DNA of 64,000 nt from an uncultured virus (IMG/VR IMGVR_UViG_3300012347_000249). Its lineage: Duplodnaviria > Heunggongvirae > Uroviricota > Caudoviricetes. Positions 9,000 to 19,192 of this stretch are shown here, piece by piece; the stretch's first letter is position 1, and every line of letters starts with the position of its first letter. The stretch lies in the IMG/VR virus record IMGVR_UViG_3300012347_000249; one strand, 5' to 3'. The notes below the pieces were generated by a model. That model had not been told where the DNA came from. It made no database searches and worked only from the letters and a program-made list of their open reading frames with translations. The translations under genes were made by a program, and so were the position numbers.

Positions 9000-9218
9000 A
9001 TGGCTAAAGAAGACCTAATTCGCATGGCAGGCAAAGTTGACGAAGTCCTCCCAAGTGCAATGTTTCGAATCAAACTCGAAAACGATCACATAATCACCGC
9101 AACCCTAGGCGGTAAATTGCGTCAACACAATATCCGTATCCTACTCGGTGATAAAGTAGAAGTTGAAATGAGCCCATACGACTTAAATCGTGGGCGTGTT
9201 GTGTACCGTAACAAATAA
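9000..9218 (+). CDS. infA: Translation initiation factor IF-1
   Basis: 72 aa; MAKED.I...G.V.E.LP.AMF.I.LENDH...[29 protein letters not shown]. Confidence 0.95.
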   Translation: MAKEDLIRMAGKVDEVLPSAMFRIKLENDHIITATLGGKLRQHNIRILLGDKVEVEMSPYDLNRGRVVYRNK

Positions 9219-9261
9219 CCCGTGTTAATGCCCACTCTGTGTGGGCTTCTTTGTGTTTTGG

Positions 9262-9267
9262 TAAATA
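9262..9267 (+). promoter_or_regulatory. T4-type late promoter
   Basis: Intergenic TAAATA upstream of the structural genes. Confidence 0.65.
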
Positions 9268-9291
9268 CACTATTAAAGTGGATACCAGAAC

Positions 9292-11553
9292 ATGAGTTCA
9301 GACATTAGATCAGTAAACGTAGGTACAATCGCTAACGACGGTACCGGCGATGCGATTCGCACAGCATTTACCACCGTAAATGATAACTTTGGTAACTTAG
9401 ATACTAGAATTAGTACCGGTAACTTTGGTGTTGTTTATAGTGGAACATACATTCAAGCAAACTTGACCCTTGCTAGCCTAGGGTCAACTACTACAGAGAC
9501 TTTAGAAGTACATCAAACTGCAAACGTTGCAGGTAATGTACAAATTGCTAACCTAACTGTAAACAACGCTTTTAGAACCAGCACATTAACTACCACAGGC
9601 AACGCATACGTGGGCAGTTGGTTAAACGTAACTAACTCTGCAAAGTTTGCTAAGGATGTTACCATTGACGGTAACTTGTTGGTGCTAGGTAACTCACTAG
9701 CTATTTCCACAGCAGACTTGGTAGTCGACGATACCTTAGTCCACATTCACAGTCCAGCAGATATGAGTCCACTAACAATGGACGATGGCAAGGATGTTGG
9801 CTTTGTTCTTCACTACTACAAAGGCACAGACAACCATGCTGCGTTGCTTTGGGGCAACGATTCGGGATCACTTGAATACTACGCTAGCGGAGTAGAGACC
9901 ACAGGTAATACTTTTGCAGGTACATACGGTGATATTAAGGCCGGAAGTTTTCATTCCACAAACACCACACCTGCAACTAGCACCACAACAGGCGCTATTG
10001 TAAGTGCCGGGGGCATTGCCGCAGCAGGTAATGTACATGCATACGGATTTAACGGCAATCTTGATGGATCAAGAGCCAACGTTGAAAACCTAAGTGTATC
10101 TGGTACCGTAGTTGGATCTATGTACTTTACAGGAGCCGACACTATTTACATTAACGGCTCTGCTGTTGCTACATCCGCTGCATCGTTTGCTGGTGGTACT
10201 GTACCTGGTTACAGCTTGTTTAACGCTGTTTTAGAAACCCGTGGTAACTTATACGCTAACAGCCAAGTGGCAAGTACTAGCACCAACACTGGTGCATTAG
10301 TGGTACGTGGTGGCGCAGGTATCATAGGCGACATTTACGCAGGCACTATTAACGGACCGATTGGGTCTTTGGCTGCAAACACAGGTAATTTTACTAGTGT
10401 CACTGTTAACAACACCACAGACTCATCAAGTGTTACAACTGGTGCGTTAGTTGTTAAGGGCGGTGTTGGTATTGCAGGTAACGTATACATCGGCGGTAGC
10501 TTAAACAACACACCAATTGGTGTTTATGGTGCTGGTGTTGGTAACTTCTTGTCCATCGGTGCTACATACTCTGGTACTGGTGTGTTTACAACACTGCGTT
10601 CAACTGCTGCTATCCCATCTACTAGCACAACAACCGGTGGCTTTATTGTTAGCGGTGGCGCAGGATTTGGTGGCAACGTGTTTGCTTCTGCAATTTACTC
10701 AGACAATATACGTTTTGCCAACGGTGCAGCGTTTGTGTCTACTTCGATTGCTGCAACACCGGAGATTACTGCAAACATCCCAGGTGGCAACAATGTAGGA
10801 TTAAGTTTAACCACTACCGGTGTAACTGCTGCTACATACGGAAATACTGCATACTTTCCAACTTTTACAGTTGATACCAAAGGCCGCGTTACTTCAGCAG
10901 GAAGTCAACTTATTAGCTTGTCATTAACTGGAACAACAGGTACAGGTTCGTTCACAACCGTCAACGGGTTATCAGTTGCGGGCGGCAACGGAATGACTGC
11001 GGTAGCAGCAGGTAACGTAATCACTATCTCTACTCCGCAGGATTTGAGATCTACTGCGGCGCCTGTGTTTAATGGATTAACTACCAATTCAACTATTGTT
11101 CCGGGCGCAAACGCTACCGTTAACTTGGGCAGTACATCTGCATGGTTCAACAATATCTATGGTGTGTCAAGTCAAGCCAAATACGCCGACTTGGCAGAAA
11201 AGTACACAAGCGACAGCGACTATGCCCCGGGTACTGTGTTGGTATTTGGTGGCGCACAAGAAGTTACTGTTGCCACAGAATTTGCCGATACCAGAGTTGC
11301 CGGTGCAGTTACAACTGATCCAGCTTACTTGATGAATGCTGAACTAGATGGTGTTGCTATTGCATTGCGTGGACGTATTCCAGTTAATGTAATTGGCAAG
11401 GTTACCAAAGGTGATTTGCTTGTAACAAGCACAACACCAGGATGTGCAGTAAGCGTTGGTAACGACAAGTCACATGGTCCTGCTGTGTTTGCTAAAGCAC
11501 TTAACAACAAAGAAAATGATGGCATTGGCCAAATTGAAGCGGTAATACTATAA
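9292..11553 (+). CDS. Tail fibre/baseplate-associated virion protein with C-terminal intramolecular-chaperone (peptidase G2-like) domain
   Basis: N-term VNVGTIANDGTGDAIRTAF (T4 gp9/gp10-like); four S/T-T-x-T-G-(A/G)-x-x-V-x-GG beta repeats; YADLAEKY...GRIPVNVIG...KGDLLV C-term. Confidence 0.8.
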   Translation: MSSDIRSVNVGTIANDGTGDAIRTAFTTVNDNFGNLDTRISTGNFGVVYSGTYIQANLTLASLGSTTTETLEVHQTANVAGNVQIANLTVNNAFRTSTLTTTGNAYVGSWLNVTNSAKFAKDVTIDGNLLVLGNSLAISTADLVVDDTLVHIHSPADMSPLTMDDGKDVGFVLHYYKGTDNHAALLWGNDSGSLEYYASGVETTGNTFAGTYGDIKAGSFHSTNTTPATSTTTGAIVSAGGIAAAGNVHAYGFNGNLDGSRANVENLSVSGTVVGSMYFTGADTIYINGSAVATSAASFAGGTVPGYSLFNAVLETRGNLYANSQVASTSTNTGALVVRGGAGIIGDIYAGTINGPIGSLAANTGNFTSVTVNNTTDSSSVTTGALVVKGGVGIAGNVYIGGSLNNTPIGVYGAGVGNFLSIGATYSGTGVFTTLRSTAAIPSTSTTTGGFIVSGGAGFGGNVFASAIYSDNIRFANGAAFVSTSIAATPEITANIPGGNNVGLSLTTTGVTAATYGNTAYFPTFTVDTKGRVTSAGSQLISLSLTGTTGTGSFTTVNGLSVAGGNGMTAVAAGNVITISTPQDLRSTAAPVFNGLTTNSTIVPGANATVNLGSTSAWFNNIYGVSSQAKYADLAEKYTSDSDYAPGTVLVFGGAQEVTVATEFADTRVAGAVTTDPAYLMNAELDGVAIALRGRIPVNVIGKVTKGDLLVTSTTPGCAVSVGNDKSHGPAVFAKALNNKENDGIGQIEAVIL

Positions 11554-14500
11554 TGATAACTTGGAATACACCTGCAGGTAATCTAGGAACGTTTAAGGAA
11601 CTAGATTACAATGAAATCTCATTAAGTGCAACTGATAGTGACAGCGAACCATTATCGTTCCGTCACTTAGCTGGCACGTTGCCACCTGGTATGTATATTA
11701 CTACCAACGGATTAATCAAAGGTGTACCAACTATTACTGGGTCGGCTGTTAACAATTCAGCTACCTATGTATTCTCGGTTAGAGCAAACAATCCTCTAGG
11801 GCGTGTTGCAGATCGCACATTTAGTTTGGTTATCACAAACCAAAGTGTATTGACTATCAGCCCACGTGAGCTACGGTTAGGTGCGTTTGACAATGGATCT
11901 TTAATTAGCTACCAATTCCAAGCAATCTCAGATAATCCAAATGCTAACCTAACTTGGAGCATTGTTAATGGCAACCCGCCATTGGATATCAAAACCGGTA
12001 AACCAATGACGCTTAGTTCGGCTGGACTGTTTAGCGGATACATTGCACGCCTAACCGATACCACCACTGGAACCGCAGGTTACGATGTTGAAGCAGACGA
12101 TGCGTTCCCGTATGATTTTAGTGCTCAAAGTAAAGACCGAGTGTATAGTTTTACTATCCAAGTAACAGATGGGTATGCATACGATACTATTCCAGTGTCG
12201 ATTAGTATTGTAAGCAAAGGCAACTTTACTGCCGATAACGATATTACTTTGATCAACAATAATAGTTTAACCGTTGATTCTGATAATCGATACGTTCCCA
12301 TTATTACCACTGATCCTAGTGTTATTCCTGTATTACAAGAAGGTAGTAAATTTAGTTTTAAATTTGATGCCATTGACCCAGAAGACAGTGCAGTTCACTG
12401 GTCCGCAAATGCTGGATTGCCTAACGGTATTTCCTTAAGCAGTGTAACTGGATGGTTAAGTGGTACTGTGCCATTGCAAGTCGAAGATCAAAAAGTATAC
12501 ACCTTCACTGTTAATGCATATAAACGAGATAATCCAACTTATATTAGTAACGGCTTAGTAGTTAATATTACCACAGTGCGTGACTCAAGTAATTATATCA
12601 CTTGGTCTAGCCCATCCTCACTAGGCCCAATGGTTAATGGCGCAGTTAGTGAACTTAAATTGTCTGCTATCAGTAACCTAGGCAAAGAAATTATCTACGA
12701 AAAACTAGATCTACCTAGTAGCAGATTGCCTCAAGGATTGAAATTATTAAATACCGGCGAGATTGTGGGGCGTGCCACTTTCCAATATTTTAATGTTGAC
12801 GGAGATAGCAGCAAGGTATATGTAAAAGACACTAGCCAAATAACCGTTGGTATGATTGTTGAGGGTCCCGGAGTTGCAAGCGGATCTAAGGTACAGGAAA
12901 TTGTTAATATTAACACTGTGATCGTTAAGCCTGCAATTTATGCAGTAGAGGGCACAGAAATCACATTCCGTGATTTGTTAGTTAATAACGAGATTGTTAC
13001 CCGCACCACAAACTTAACAGCCAGTACTACTATCGACAAAGGCAAAACAACCTTTGACAGTTCATACAAGTTTACAGTCAGAGCATCTACTGTAGATGGG
13101 TCTACTACTACCACTAAAGAATTCACTATTGCAGTTGACAACTACAATAGAGCACCATACGAAAATATCTACCTAAAGGCTTTGCCAAGTTTAGATCAGC
13201 GCCGAACGTTTGAAAGTATTATTAAAAATACCGATATCTTCCCAGACGAGTTAATTTACCGCCCAATGGACCCATGGTTTGGCAAGAGCCGAAATATTCG
13301 CATGCTGTTCCTGCCGGGACTAACAACCAGCGACTTGAGTGTGTTTGCAAACGCAATTGAAAAAAATCATTACACTAAAAAGATTAACTTCGGTAATATC
13401 AAAACTGCCCGAGCATTAGACGACAATTTTAATGTTAAGTATGAAGTTGTTTATGTAGATGTTGAAGATAATAAACAAGTCAATGGGGTTAGCACTGCAT
13501 TAACTCAAGAACCATTTATTAGCAATTATTATCTGTCCGGAAATAACAGCTATCATACATTGTACCCAAACAGCTTTGGCAACATGACTTACCGATTAAG
13601 TTCCGGAGTTGGGTATAGTAATAAGGGTGCGTTACCAGATTGGATGACTAGCCCACAAGAAGACGGGCGTGTGCTTGGATTAGTACGCGGCGTGGTCCTT
13701 GCGTACACTATACCTGGTGCAAGTAAATTGATTGCATATCGGTTAGCTGATAACGAAATTAACTTTAACAACATTGATTTTGTTGCCGATCGATACCAAC
13801 TAGACTCATTGTTAAGCAACAATTACAACACCACAACAAATCGGTTCTATCAGAACAAAGAAGTTACATTTGATTCACTTGTTTCAGTAACCGACGTGGA
13901 TATGGTTGTAGGAATTGCAGCACAAGGTAATAACCCTGCTATGAGCATTGAGCTAACCGTAGCCCCGAATATTGGCTTTGGCTGGAATGTTGAAGGCAGC
14001 AATCTAAGCAGCAGCAGCTTTATACCAAAAGAAACAACTGTTACTGGAATTTCTGGTACCACAGTTTATTTGAGTAAGCCAGTTAACGTAAGTGTCGGGG
14101 ATCAGATTCTGTTCCGTGGAACCGCAAGTGCAACGTATGCAGTTTCTGTTCCGTTTGACAGTATCAACAACAAATTTGTTGATCAAGTACCGTTCATTGA
14201 CGGTGTTAAGAACTATCAAGATGGCGAAACTATTTTGTTTGCAAGGCAAGAAATGTATGCAGGATATACTGGCAGCAATGACGGGTGGAATCAAGTAACA
14301 GATTTGTTTATCGGCAACGACAACGAGTTTGATAATGATAATTTTGACGACTACGCTATTGTTCCAGGGTATGCTGCAAAGTTATTGGACCCAGATACAC
14401 AGAACCAACGTGCAGGTGTCTGGAGAATCAATATTGCAACTGACGGACTAATTACCCTAACTTTACTAAGAGAAATTGTACTCGACCAAATGGTTAAAAT

Positions 14501-14729
14501 TATCAGCGGCACTAGCCATGCTAGCACATATATGAAGTACGATTCTGTAATACAGAACGGGTTTACTGTACCTGCGTACACCCCGCAAAGTGCATTACAA
14601 AGCAGCGCCAGTGCAAGAACACGTTTTGATGGCACAAGTACACGCTTTTACGATCATCGCGACAATTATGCCGATCCAGAAATTGGCGATAAATACATTA
14701 GATTCACACAATTCGGAGTTTACAAATAA
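11553..14729 (+). CDS. Large virion structural protein with Ig-like (He_PIG-type) repeats
   Basis: Repeated GTLPPGM/GLPNGISL/RLPQGLKL followed by Y-x-F-T-V-x-A; TAATG coupling. Confidence 0.8.
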   Translation: MITWNTPAGNLGTFKELDYNEISLSATDSDSEPLSFRHLAGTLPPGMYITTNGLIKGVPTITGSAVNNSATYVFSVRANNPLGRVADRTFSLVITNQSVLTISPRELRLGAFDNGSLISYQFQAISDNPNANLTWSIVNGNPPLDIKTGKPMTLSSAGLFSGYIARLTDTTTGTAGYDVEADDAFPYDFSAQSKDRVYSFTIQVTDGYAYDTIPVSISIVSKGNFTADNDITLINNNSLTVDSDNRYVPIITTDPSVIPVLQEGSKFSFKFDAIDPEDSAVHWSANAGLPNGISLSSVTGWLSGTVPLQVEDQKVYTFTVNAYKRDNPTYISNGLVVNITTVRDSSNYITWSSPSSLGPMVNGAVSELKLSAISNLGKEIIYEKLDLPSSRLPQGLKLLNTGEIVGRATFQYFNVDGDSSKVYVKDTSQITVGMIVEGPGVASGSKVQEIVNINTVIVKPAIYAVEGTEITFRDLLVNNEIVTRTTNLTASTTIDKGKTTFDSSYKFTVRASTVDGSTTTTKEFTIAVDNYNRAPYENIYLKALPSLDQRRTFESIIKNTDIFPDELIYRPMDPWFGKSRNIRMLFLPGLTTSDLSVFANAIEKNHYTKKINFGNIKTARALDDNFNVKYEVVYVDVEDNKQVNGVSTALTQEPFISNYYLSGNNSYHTLYPNSFGNMTYRLSSGVGYSNKGALPDWMTSPQEDGRVLGLVRGVVLAYTIPGASKLIAYRLADNEINFNNIDFVADRYQLDSLLSNNYNTTTNRFYQNKEVTFDSLVSVTDVDMVVGIAAQGNNPAMSIELTVAPNIGFGWNVEGSNLSSSSFIPKETTVTGISGTTVYLSKPVNVSVGDQILFRGTASATYAVSVPFDSINNKFVDQVPFIDGVKNYQDGETILFARQEMYAGYTGSNDGWNQVTDLFIGNDNEFDNDNFDDYAIVPGYAAKLLDPDTQNQRAGVWRINIATDGLITLTLLREIVLDQMVKIISGTSHASTYMKYDSVIQNGFTVPAYTPQSALQSSASARTRFDGTSTRFYDHRDNYADPEIGDKYIRFTQFGVYK

Positions 14730-15649
14730 TGACTAGCCAAGTTAATCCATACAATATCGACGGTACTTACCCTGTTGCAGGACAGGATAATGATTCACAA
14801 GGGTTCCGCGATAACTTTACAAACACACGTAATAACTTTGCGTTTGTAAAGTCTGAACTAGAAGACCTACAGTCTAAAGTTCTACTAAAAGCCCCTTTAA
14901 ACAACACTACACTAAACAATGATTTAAGTGCAAGTGGCACAACACTAAACAATGCCCAATTAACCGCGTTTAGTGAAACATATTACAACAACGGTTCCTT
15001 AAGTGGAAGCCAAACTGTTAACTATAACCAAGGAAACTACCAGCGTATTACTACCGGCGGTAGTTTAACTGTTGGATTTAGTAACTGGCCAACTGCGGGT
15101 GTTATGGGACGTTTAATTTTATGGGTTAACGTTACAAGTACCGCATACACGTTAACATTACCGTCACAAGTTACTTTAGGTTTTCCTGCAGAACTTAGCG
15201 GGTCTTCAAGCAACGTAATTACATTTGATGCCACTGGCGATTATTTGTATGAGTTTGTTAGCAGCGATTATGGTGCAAGCTACTTCTGTCGAGAGCTTAC
15301 CCGAGCAGCAAACAAAGTACACGGCAAACTATCTGTTACCGGAGAATTGCTGCTAGCCAGTTCTGAGGACTTAGCTAACGCAGGTGCTGCAAGTTTAGTT
15401 AAAACTGCAAGTTACTTTAGCACAGGAGCAGCCGAAACAGCTACTCTAGCAGCAGGCACAGATGGCCAGATTAAAACCTTTATGATGGCAGCAGACACTG
15501 GCGACATGGTTATTACTGTAACCAATGCAGGTTGGAAAACTTCCGGAACCGGCACTATTACGTTTGACACTATTGGCAACGGATGTACTTTGCAATACGT
15601 TAACTCAAAATGGTATTGCATTGGTAACAACGGTGCTGTGTTTGCATAA
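14729..15649 (+). CDS. Virion structural (tail) protein
   Basis: YPVAGQDNDSQGFRDNF N-term; T/S/G/N-rich beta content. Confidence 0.75.
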   Translation: MTSQVNPYNIDGTYPVAGQDNDSQGFRDNFTNTRNNFAFVKSELEDLQSKVLLKAPLNNTTLNNDLSASGTTLNNAQLTAFSETYYNNGSLSGSQTVNYNQGNYQRITTGGSLTVGFSNWPTAGVMGRLILWVNVTSTAYTLTLPSQVTLGFPAELSGSSSNVITFDATGDYLYEFVSSDYGASYFCRELTRAANKVHGKLSVTGELLLASSEDLANAGAASLVKTASYFSTGAAETATLAAGTDGQIKTFMMAADTGDMVITVTNAGWKTSGTGTITFDTIGNGCTLQYVNSKWYCIGNNGAVFA

Positions 15650-15664
15650 TTAATACCACTTTAA

Positions 15665-15712
15665 TTGACTCCTAGATAACAGATGTCTATACTACTGTTA
15701 CTAGGAGTTTTT
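15665..15712 (+). promoter_or_regulatory. Sigma70-like promoter overlapping an RBS-sequestering/terminator hairpin
   Basis: TTGACT-17-TATACT; inverted repeat ACTCCTAG(A)TAACAG / CTGTTACTAGGAGT followed by a T-run. Confidence 0.65.
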
Positions 15713-15714
15713 TA

Positions 15715-16128
15715 ATGACTAATCATATTGATTTAAACAAATACACAAAATTCGTTGATGCTGTTACCAGCAAAGAAACCAACAACTACGACTATCTGCA
15801 TCAACGCCTTAACGAGTTACGTAATACCACAAACGTAAACGTAAGCCTGTTAATGAACAGTGCCATTGGACTTGCAGCTGAAACTGGCGAGTTTGCAGAA
15901 ATCCCAAAGAAAGTATTCTTCCAAGGCAAGCCACTTGATGAAGCTGCAATCTTTCACATGAAGCGTGAACTAGGTGATATCTTTTGGTACTGGACCAATG
16001 CTTGCCGCAGTCTGGGACTAGATCCCAATGACGTTATCCAAGAGAACGTTAAGAAATTGGAAAGCCGTTACCCAGGTGGCAGCTTTGACGCACACTACAG
16101 CGAAAACCGCCAAGACGGAGATCTGTAA
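15715..16128 (+). CDS. MazG-like nucleotide pyrophosphohydrolase
   Basis: GLAAETGEFAEIPKK...KRELGDIFWY...NVKKLESRYP. Confidence 0.9.
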   Translation: MTNHIDLNKYTKFVDAVTSKETNNYDYLHQRLNELRNTTNVNVSLLMNSAIGLAAETGEFAEIPKKVFFQGKPLDEAAIFHMKRELGDIFWYWTNACRSLGLDPNDVIQENVKKLESRYPGGSFDAHYSENRQDGDL

Positions 16129-16397
16129 TGGGATTAGGGCCATCAGTGTGTCAACACTGTCAAGTTCTAGCAGATTACAGCGAGGAACCTATTCCCGTTG
16201 TACGCAACTCTAGTACCACAACTTGCAGTAAATTCACACACTGGTACTGCCCTATCTGCGGCGAAACTGATCCTAATGATTATGCAGGGTTTAGTAACTG
16301 GGATAAGTACGAGCGTAATCTTAAAGTACACTTAGACAATAAGAAATTACTTAAATTTCTAGAAGGAGAAAATCCGGATGCACCCACTAGCACCTAG
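16128..16397 (+). CDS. Zn-ribbon small protein
   Basis: CQHC...CPIC. Confidence 0.7.
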   Translation: MGLGPSVCQHCQVLADYSEEPIPVVRNSSTTTCSKFTHWYCPICGETDPNDYAGFSNWDKYERNLKVHLDNKKLLKFLEGENPDAPTST

Positions 16398-16626
16398 CTT
16401 ACACGAACTGTCAATGGATGAATTAACAACCAAGTACAGTGATTTACAGAAGCGTATGAACCAAGCATATAGATTTGGACCTGCTTCAATCATTCCACAG
16501 ATCCAAATGATGATGGAACATTATCAAGCGGAGTTAAACGAGCGTAACCGTAAGCAGCTCGAAGAAATGAACAAGAAGGCCAATGACACTGGCAAAGGAT
16601 ACAAGGGTATCGTTGACATTTCATGA
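16378..16626 (+). CDS. Hypothetical helical protein
   Basis: AAGGAG RBS upstream; 82 aa. Confidence 0.75.
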   Translation: MHPLAPSLHELSMDELTTKYSDLQKRMNQAYRFGPASIIPQIQMMMEHYQAELNERNRKQLEEMNKKANDTGKGYKGIVDIS

Positions 16627-17141
16627 ATTACGATAAATTTGGTAGAGCCTATGTTCAAAGTGATGATCTGGCAGACATGCTCTACCAGGACCCTAACTTG
16701 AACTTAAATAGATTTTTTGTTGTTGATCCTGAACAGTACAATAACACTGTTCAACGTATGTACTTGGACTACGAGCATCTACAAGAGTTCAAGGAAATTG
16801 ATCCGTTAATGACCATTGAGCAGTTTGATCAAGCATTGCAAGAAGAATGGAAGATGCCCAAAGAGTATCTAGATTTTGATATTGCACAATGGCTACTGGA
16901 TCAATGCAAAACTGATCCTGAGCTACAACGTGTTGGCGAAGAATTACTACTGTACCATGAGCGTGATTTGTTTAACCTGTTACGCTACTTAAAGTACATG
17001 GTAGATACTTTTAGAAAACATAAAATTGTTTGGGGACTCGGTCGAGGATCAAGTGTTGCTAGTTATGTGCTGTACCTAATTGGCGTTCACAAAATTAACA
17101 GTATGTATTATGATTTAGATATCAGCGAATTTTTACGGTAA
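16623..17141 (+). CDS. DNA polymerase III alpha (DnaE)-like fragment
   Basis: RVGEEL...VWGLGRGSSVASYVLYLIGVHKINSMYYDL matches the DnaE GPGRGSAAGSLVAY.L.IT.IDP..YDL region. Confidence 0.85.
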   Translation: MNYDKFGRAYVQSDDLADMLYQDPNLNLNRFFVVDPEQYNNTVQRMYLDYEHLQEFKEIDPLMTIEQFDQALQEEWKMPKEYLDFDIAQWLLDQCKTDPELQRVGEELLLYHERDLFNLLRYLKYMVDTFRKHKIVWGLGRGSSVASYVLYLIGVHKINSMYYDLDISEFLR

Positions 17142-17144
17142 ATA
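17139..17144 (+). promoter_or_regulatory. T4-type late promoter
   Basis: TAAATA followed by an AGGAG RBS. Confidence 0.6.
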
Positions 17145-17161
17145 CCCTACCAGGAGAATAT

Positions 17162-17554
17162 ATGAAAAGAACTTACACAACCGCAAACGGTAAACAAGTA
17201 TCAATTGACAGCATCCGTCTGTCTAACGAAGAAGTAATTGCTGTCGGCAACATGAAGGTAAACGCACGTGGAGACCAATTGGGCCCAGGCGGTGTACCAG
17301 AGAAGTCAAAGCAGCAGGCAGTAAACGAATACTACAACTTGCATACGCCAGTAGCAGGTGCAATGCGTCCAGGCAGTGGTGTTATTGAAGATAAGCCCGC
17401 AGCAAAGCCTATGAGCGTTACTCCGCCTGCTCCTGTAGCAGATCCTTTGATTGAAGAACAAGATCAAGTGGAAGTAGTTAAACCTGCTGAACCAAAAATG
17501 CGTGGCAGTCTAGCTGACGCCGTTGCAAAATCAACCGGCCCAACTCGTATCTAA
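17162..17554 (+). CDS. Hypothetical protein
   Basis: AGGAG RBS; AVGNMKVNARGDQLGPGG; Pro-rich tail. Confidence 0.8.
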   Translation: MKRTYTTANGKQVSIDSIRLSNEEVIAVGNMKVNARGDQLGPGGVPEKSKQQAVNEYYNLHTPVAGAMRPGSGVIEDKPAAKPMSVTPPAPVADPLIEEQDQVEVVKPAEPKMRGSLADAVAKSTGPTRI

Positions 17555-17555
17555 T

Positions 17556-17984
17556 ATGGCAAAAGAAGAAAAGTTATTTGAACGCACTGGCAAATTAAAA
17601 GCCACAAACCAAGTACCAGGCATTCGTGCTATCCTCGACCATGTGATTGTCACAGACATGGACTTCAAAGGCCGTAAGTTATCTAGCGGTATTATGCTTT
17701 TAGGTGACGACGGTACTGCTGAAGGTATTCGTCCACGATGGGCCAAAGTATACAAAGTTGGGCCGGATCAAACTGATGTTAAAGTTGGGCAATGGATTTA
17801 TGTTGAACACGGTCGTTGGACTCGTGGACTTGAAATCGACATTGACGGTAACGAATTCACTGTTCGACGTGTTGATCCTAAGTGCATTCTCTTTGTGCAA
17901 GACGAAGAGCCAACACACGATGATACCATTTCAACTGCGGTGTCTGGTGAGAAGAAGACCCGCGAAAACTGGAACGAATACTAA
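17556..17984 (+). CDS. Co-chaperonin GroES-like protein
   Basis: IRAILDHVIV...LSSGIML...AKVYKVGP...VKVGQWI. Confidence 0.85.
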   Translation: MAKEEKLFERTGKLKATNQVPGIRAILDHVIVTDMDFKGRKLSSGIMLLGDDGTAEGIRPRWAKVYKVGPDQTDVKVGQWIYVEHGRWTRGLEIDIDGNEFTVRRVDPKCILFVQDEEPTHDDTISTAVSGEKKTRENWNEY

Positions 17985-17987
17985 TTA

Positions 17988-18236
17988 ATGGGGTACATTA
18001 AGAATTGGGATGTTGGTGCTATACAGCATCAACTTTCTCGCTGTTCTGCGGAAATGAAGTATTCGGGCAATGACGGTTTTACCGCTTGGTCTTGTAAAAA
18101 AGATCTCTTGGATGTAAAATACATGCTAGATCGTATACTTGCCGGTGCGCCATACTTCAGCAGTTTAGAAGATGAGTACCATAAGCAGCAAGAACAAAAT
18201 CAAATATGGAATACTCTAAATGAAAAAACTGATTGA
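17988..18236 (+). CDS. Hypothetical protein
   Basis: NDGFTAWSCKKDL; 82 aa in operon. Confidence 0.7.
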   Translation: MGYIKNWDVGAIQHQLSRCSAEMKYSGNDGFTAWSCKKDLLDVKYMLDRILAGAPYFSSLEDEYHKQQEQNQIWNTLNEKTD

Positions 18237-18429
18237 TAATAGTGGCGGTATGAAAACTTTTGTGGAATTACGTCCACTTGAGAACCCGCAACATCCTGGA
18301 TGGATGTATATCAAGTTAACAACTACTTGGGACGATGCCAAGAATCCGAACGAAGAGCAGACTAAATTTGATATGTGTTTAACCCCAGAAGCATTTGCTA
18401 CATTCAAGGGTTTCTTTAATGAAATGTAA
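18220..18429 (+). CDS. Hypothetical protein
   Basis: 69 aa, overlapping operon arrangement. Confidence 0.7.
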   Translation: MKKLIDNSGGMKTFVELRPLENPQHPGWMYIKLTTTWDDAKNPNEEQTKFDMCLTPEAFATFKGFFNEM

Positions 18430-18694
18430 TACCTGCAAAAAAGAATATAGTGCGAACTGCGATTACAACCAAGGACGATGTCCACATCGAAAACCTATGA
18501 TAGAAATTCAACCAAAAGATACCAGCAAGGGACATTTTTATGTTAGCCTTGCAAAAAGTTTTTTACGCATCTCTGGATTCGTAACCTTGTACCTTGCAGG
18601 TGCAAACCCCGAGCTAATGACATCATGGCTCAAAGTAACAGCAGGGCTATTAATGCTTGCTGAATGTTTAGGCATTGTTGAGGAACTAGTATGA
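18419..18694 (+). CDS. Small membrane protein with N-terminal Cys cluster
   Basis: CNTC...C...CPH, then two hydrophobic helices ending LGIVEELV. Confidence 0.7.
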   Translation: MKCNTCKKEYSANCDYNQGRCPHRKPMIEIQPKDTSKGHFYVSLAKSFLRISGFVTLYLAGANPELMTSWLKVTAGLLMLAECLGIVEELV

Positions 18695-18984
18695 GTGACG
18701 GTGGCAAGGGCGACAGTCCGCGCCCATTCTCGGTAACACAGCAAGAGTATCACAAAAATATAGATACTATCTTCGGCGCACGTAAGCGTTGGGGGTTTGA
18801 TAAGAGCTGTGGATGCTATCGTTGCATGGGACTAAAGTACGACGAGCGTGGTAATCCACTTACCATGAGTACCTTTATTGTATGCCCAGACTGTGGTAAC
18901 AAGCGTTGCCCTAAGTCAACTGATCACACATTGGCTTGTACCAACAGCAACGAGCCAGGCCAAAAAGGCAGTAGATATGAGTGA
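18691..18984 (+). CDS. Zn-binding hypothetical protein
   Basis: MSDGGKGDSPRP; CGCYRC; CPDCGNKRCP..TDH...C. Confidence 0.75.
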   Translation: MSDGGKGDSPRPFSVTQQEYHKNIDTIFGARKRWGFDKSCGCYRCMGLKYDERGNPLTMSTFIVCPDCGNKRCPKSTDHTLACTNSNEPGQKGSRYE

Positions 18985-19192
18985 ACGAATTAAAGAACTT
19001 GCGGGCATGGCAAAGTTAATGGCCGAGGAAGATATTAACAAACAGATATCATACAACGCCGAACTCAAGGCATTTGCTAACAAGTTCGCTGAGTTGATTA
19101 TCAATAAATGCAAAGAAGCAGTGGCAAAAACTGACCCAACAACATCGCAACGTGCGATACAAGCAATCAATGAAGAATTAGGAATCAAATGA
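18977..19192 (+). CDS. Family-B (MNERI...) small protein
   Basis: MSERIKELA...KFAELIINKC...ELGIK. Confidence 0.75.
   Translation: MSERIKELAGMAKLMAEEDINKQISYNAELKAFANKFAELIINKCKEAVAKTDPTTSQRAIQAINEELGIK

Noticed and set aside
9513..15630. Many minus-strand ORFs of 60-100 aa opposite the structural genes, and likewise throughout the window
   Set aside because: They are antisense shadows of long + strand genes, with no RBS or motifs
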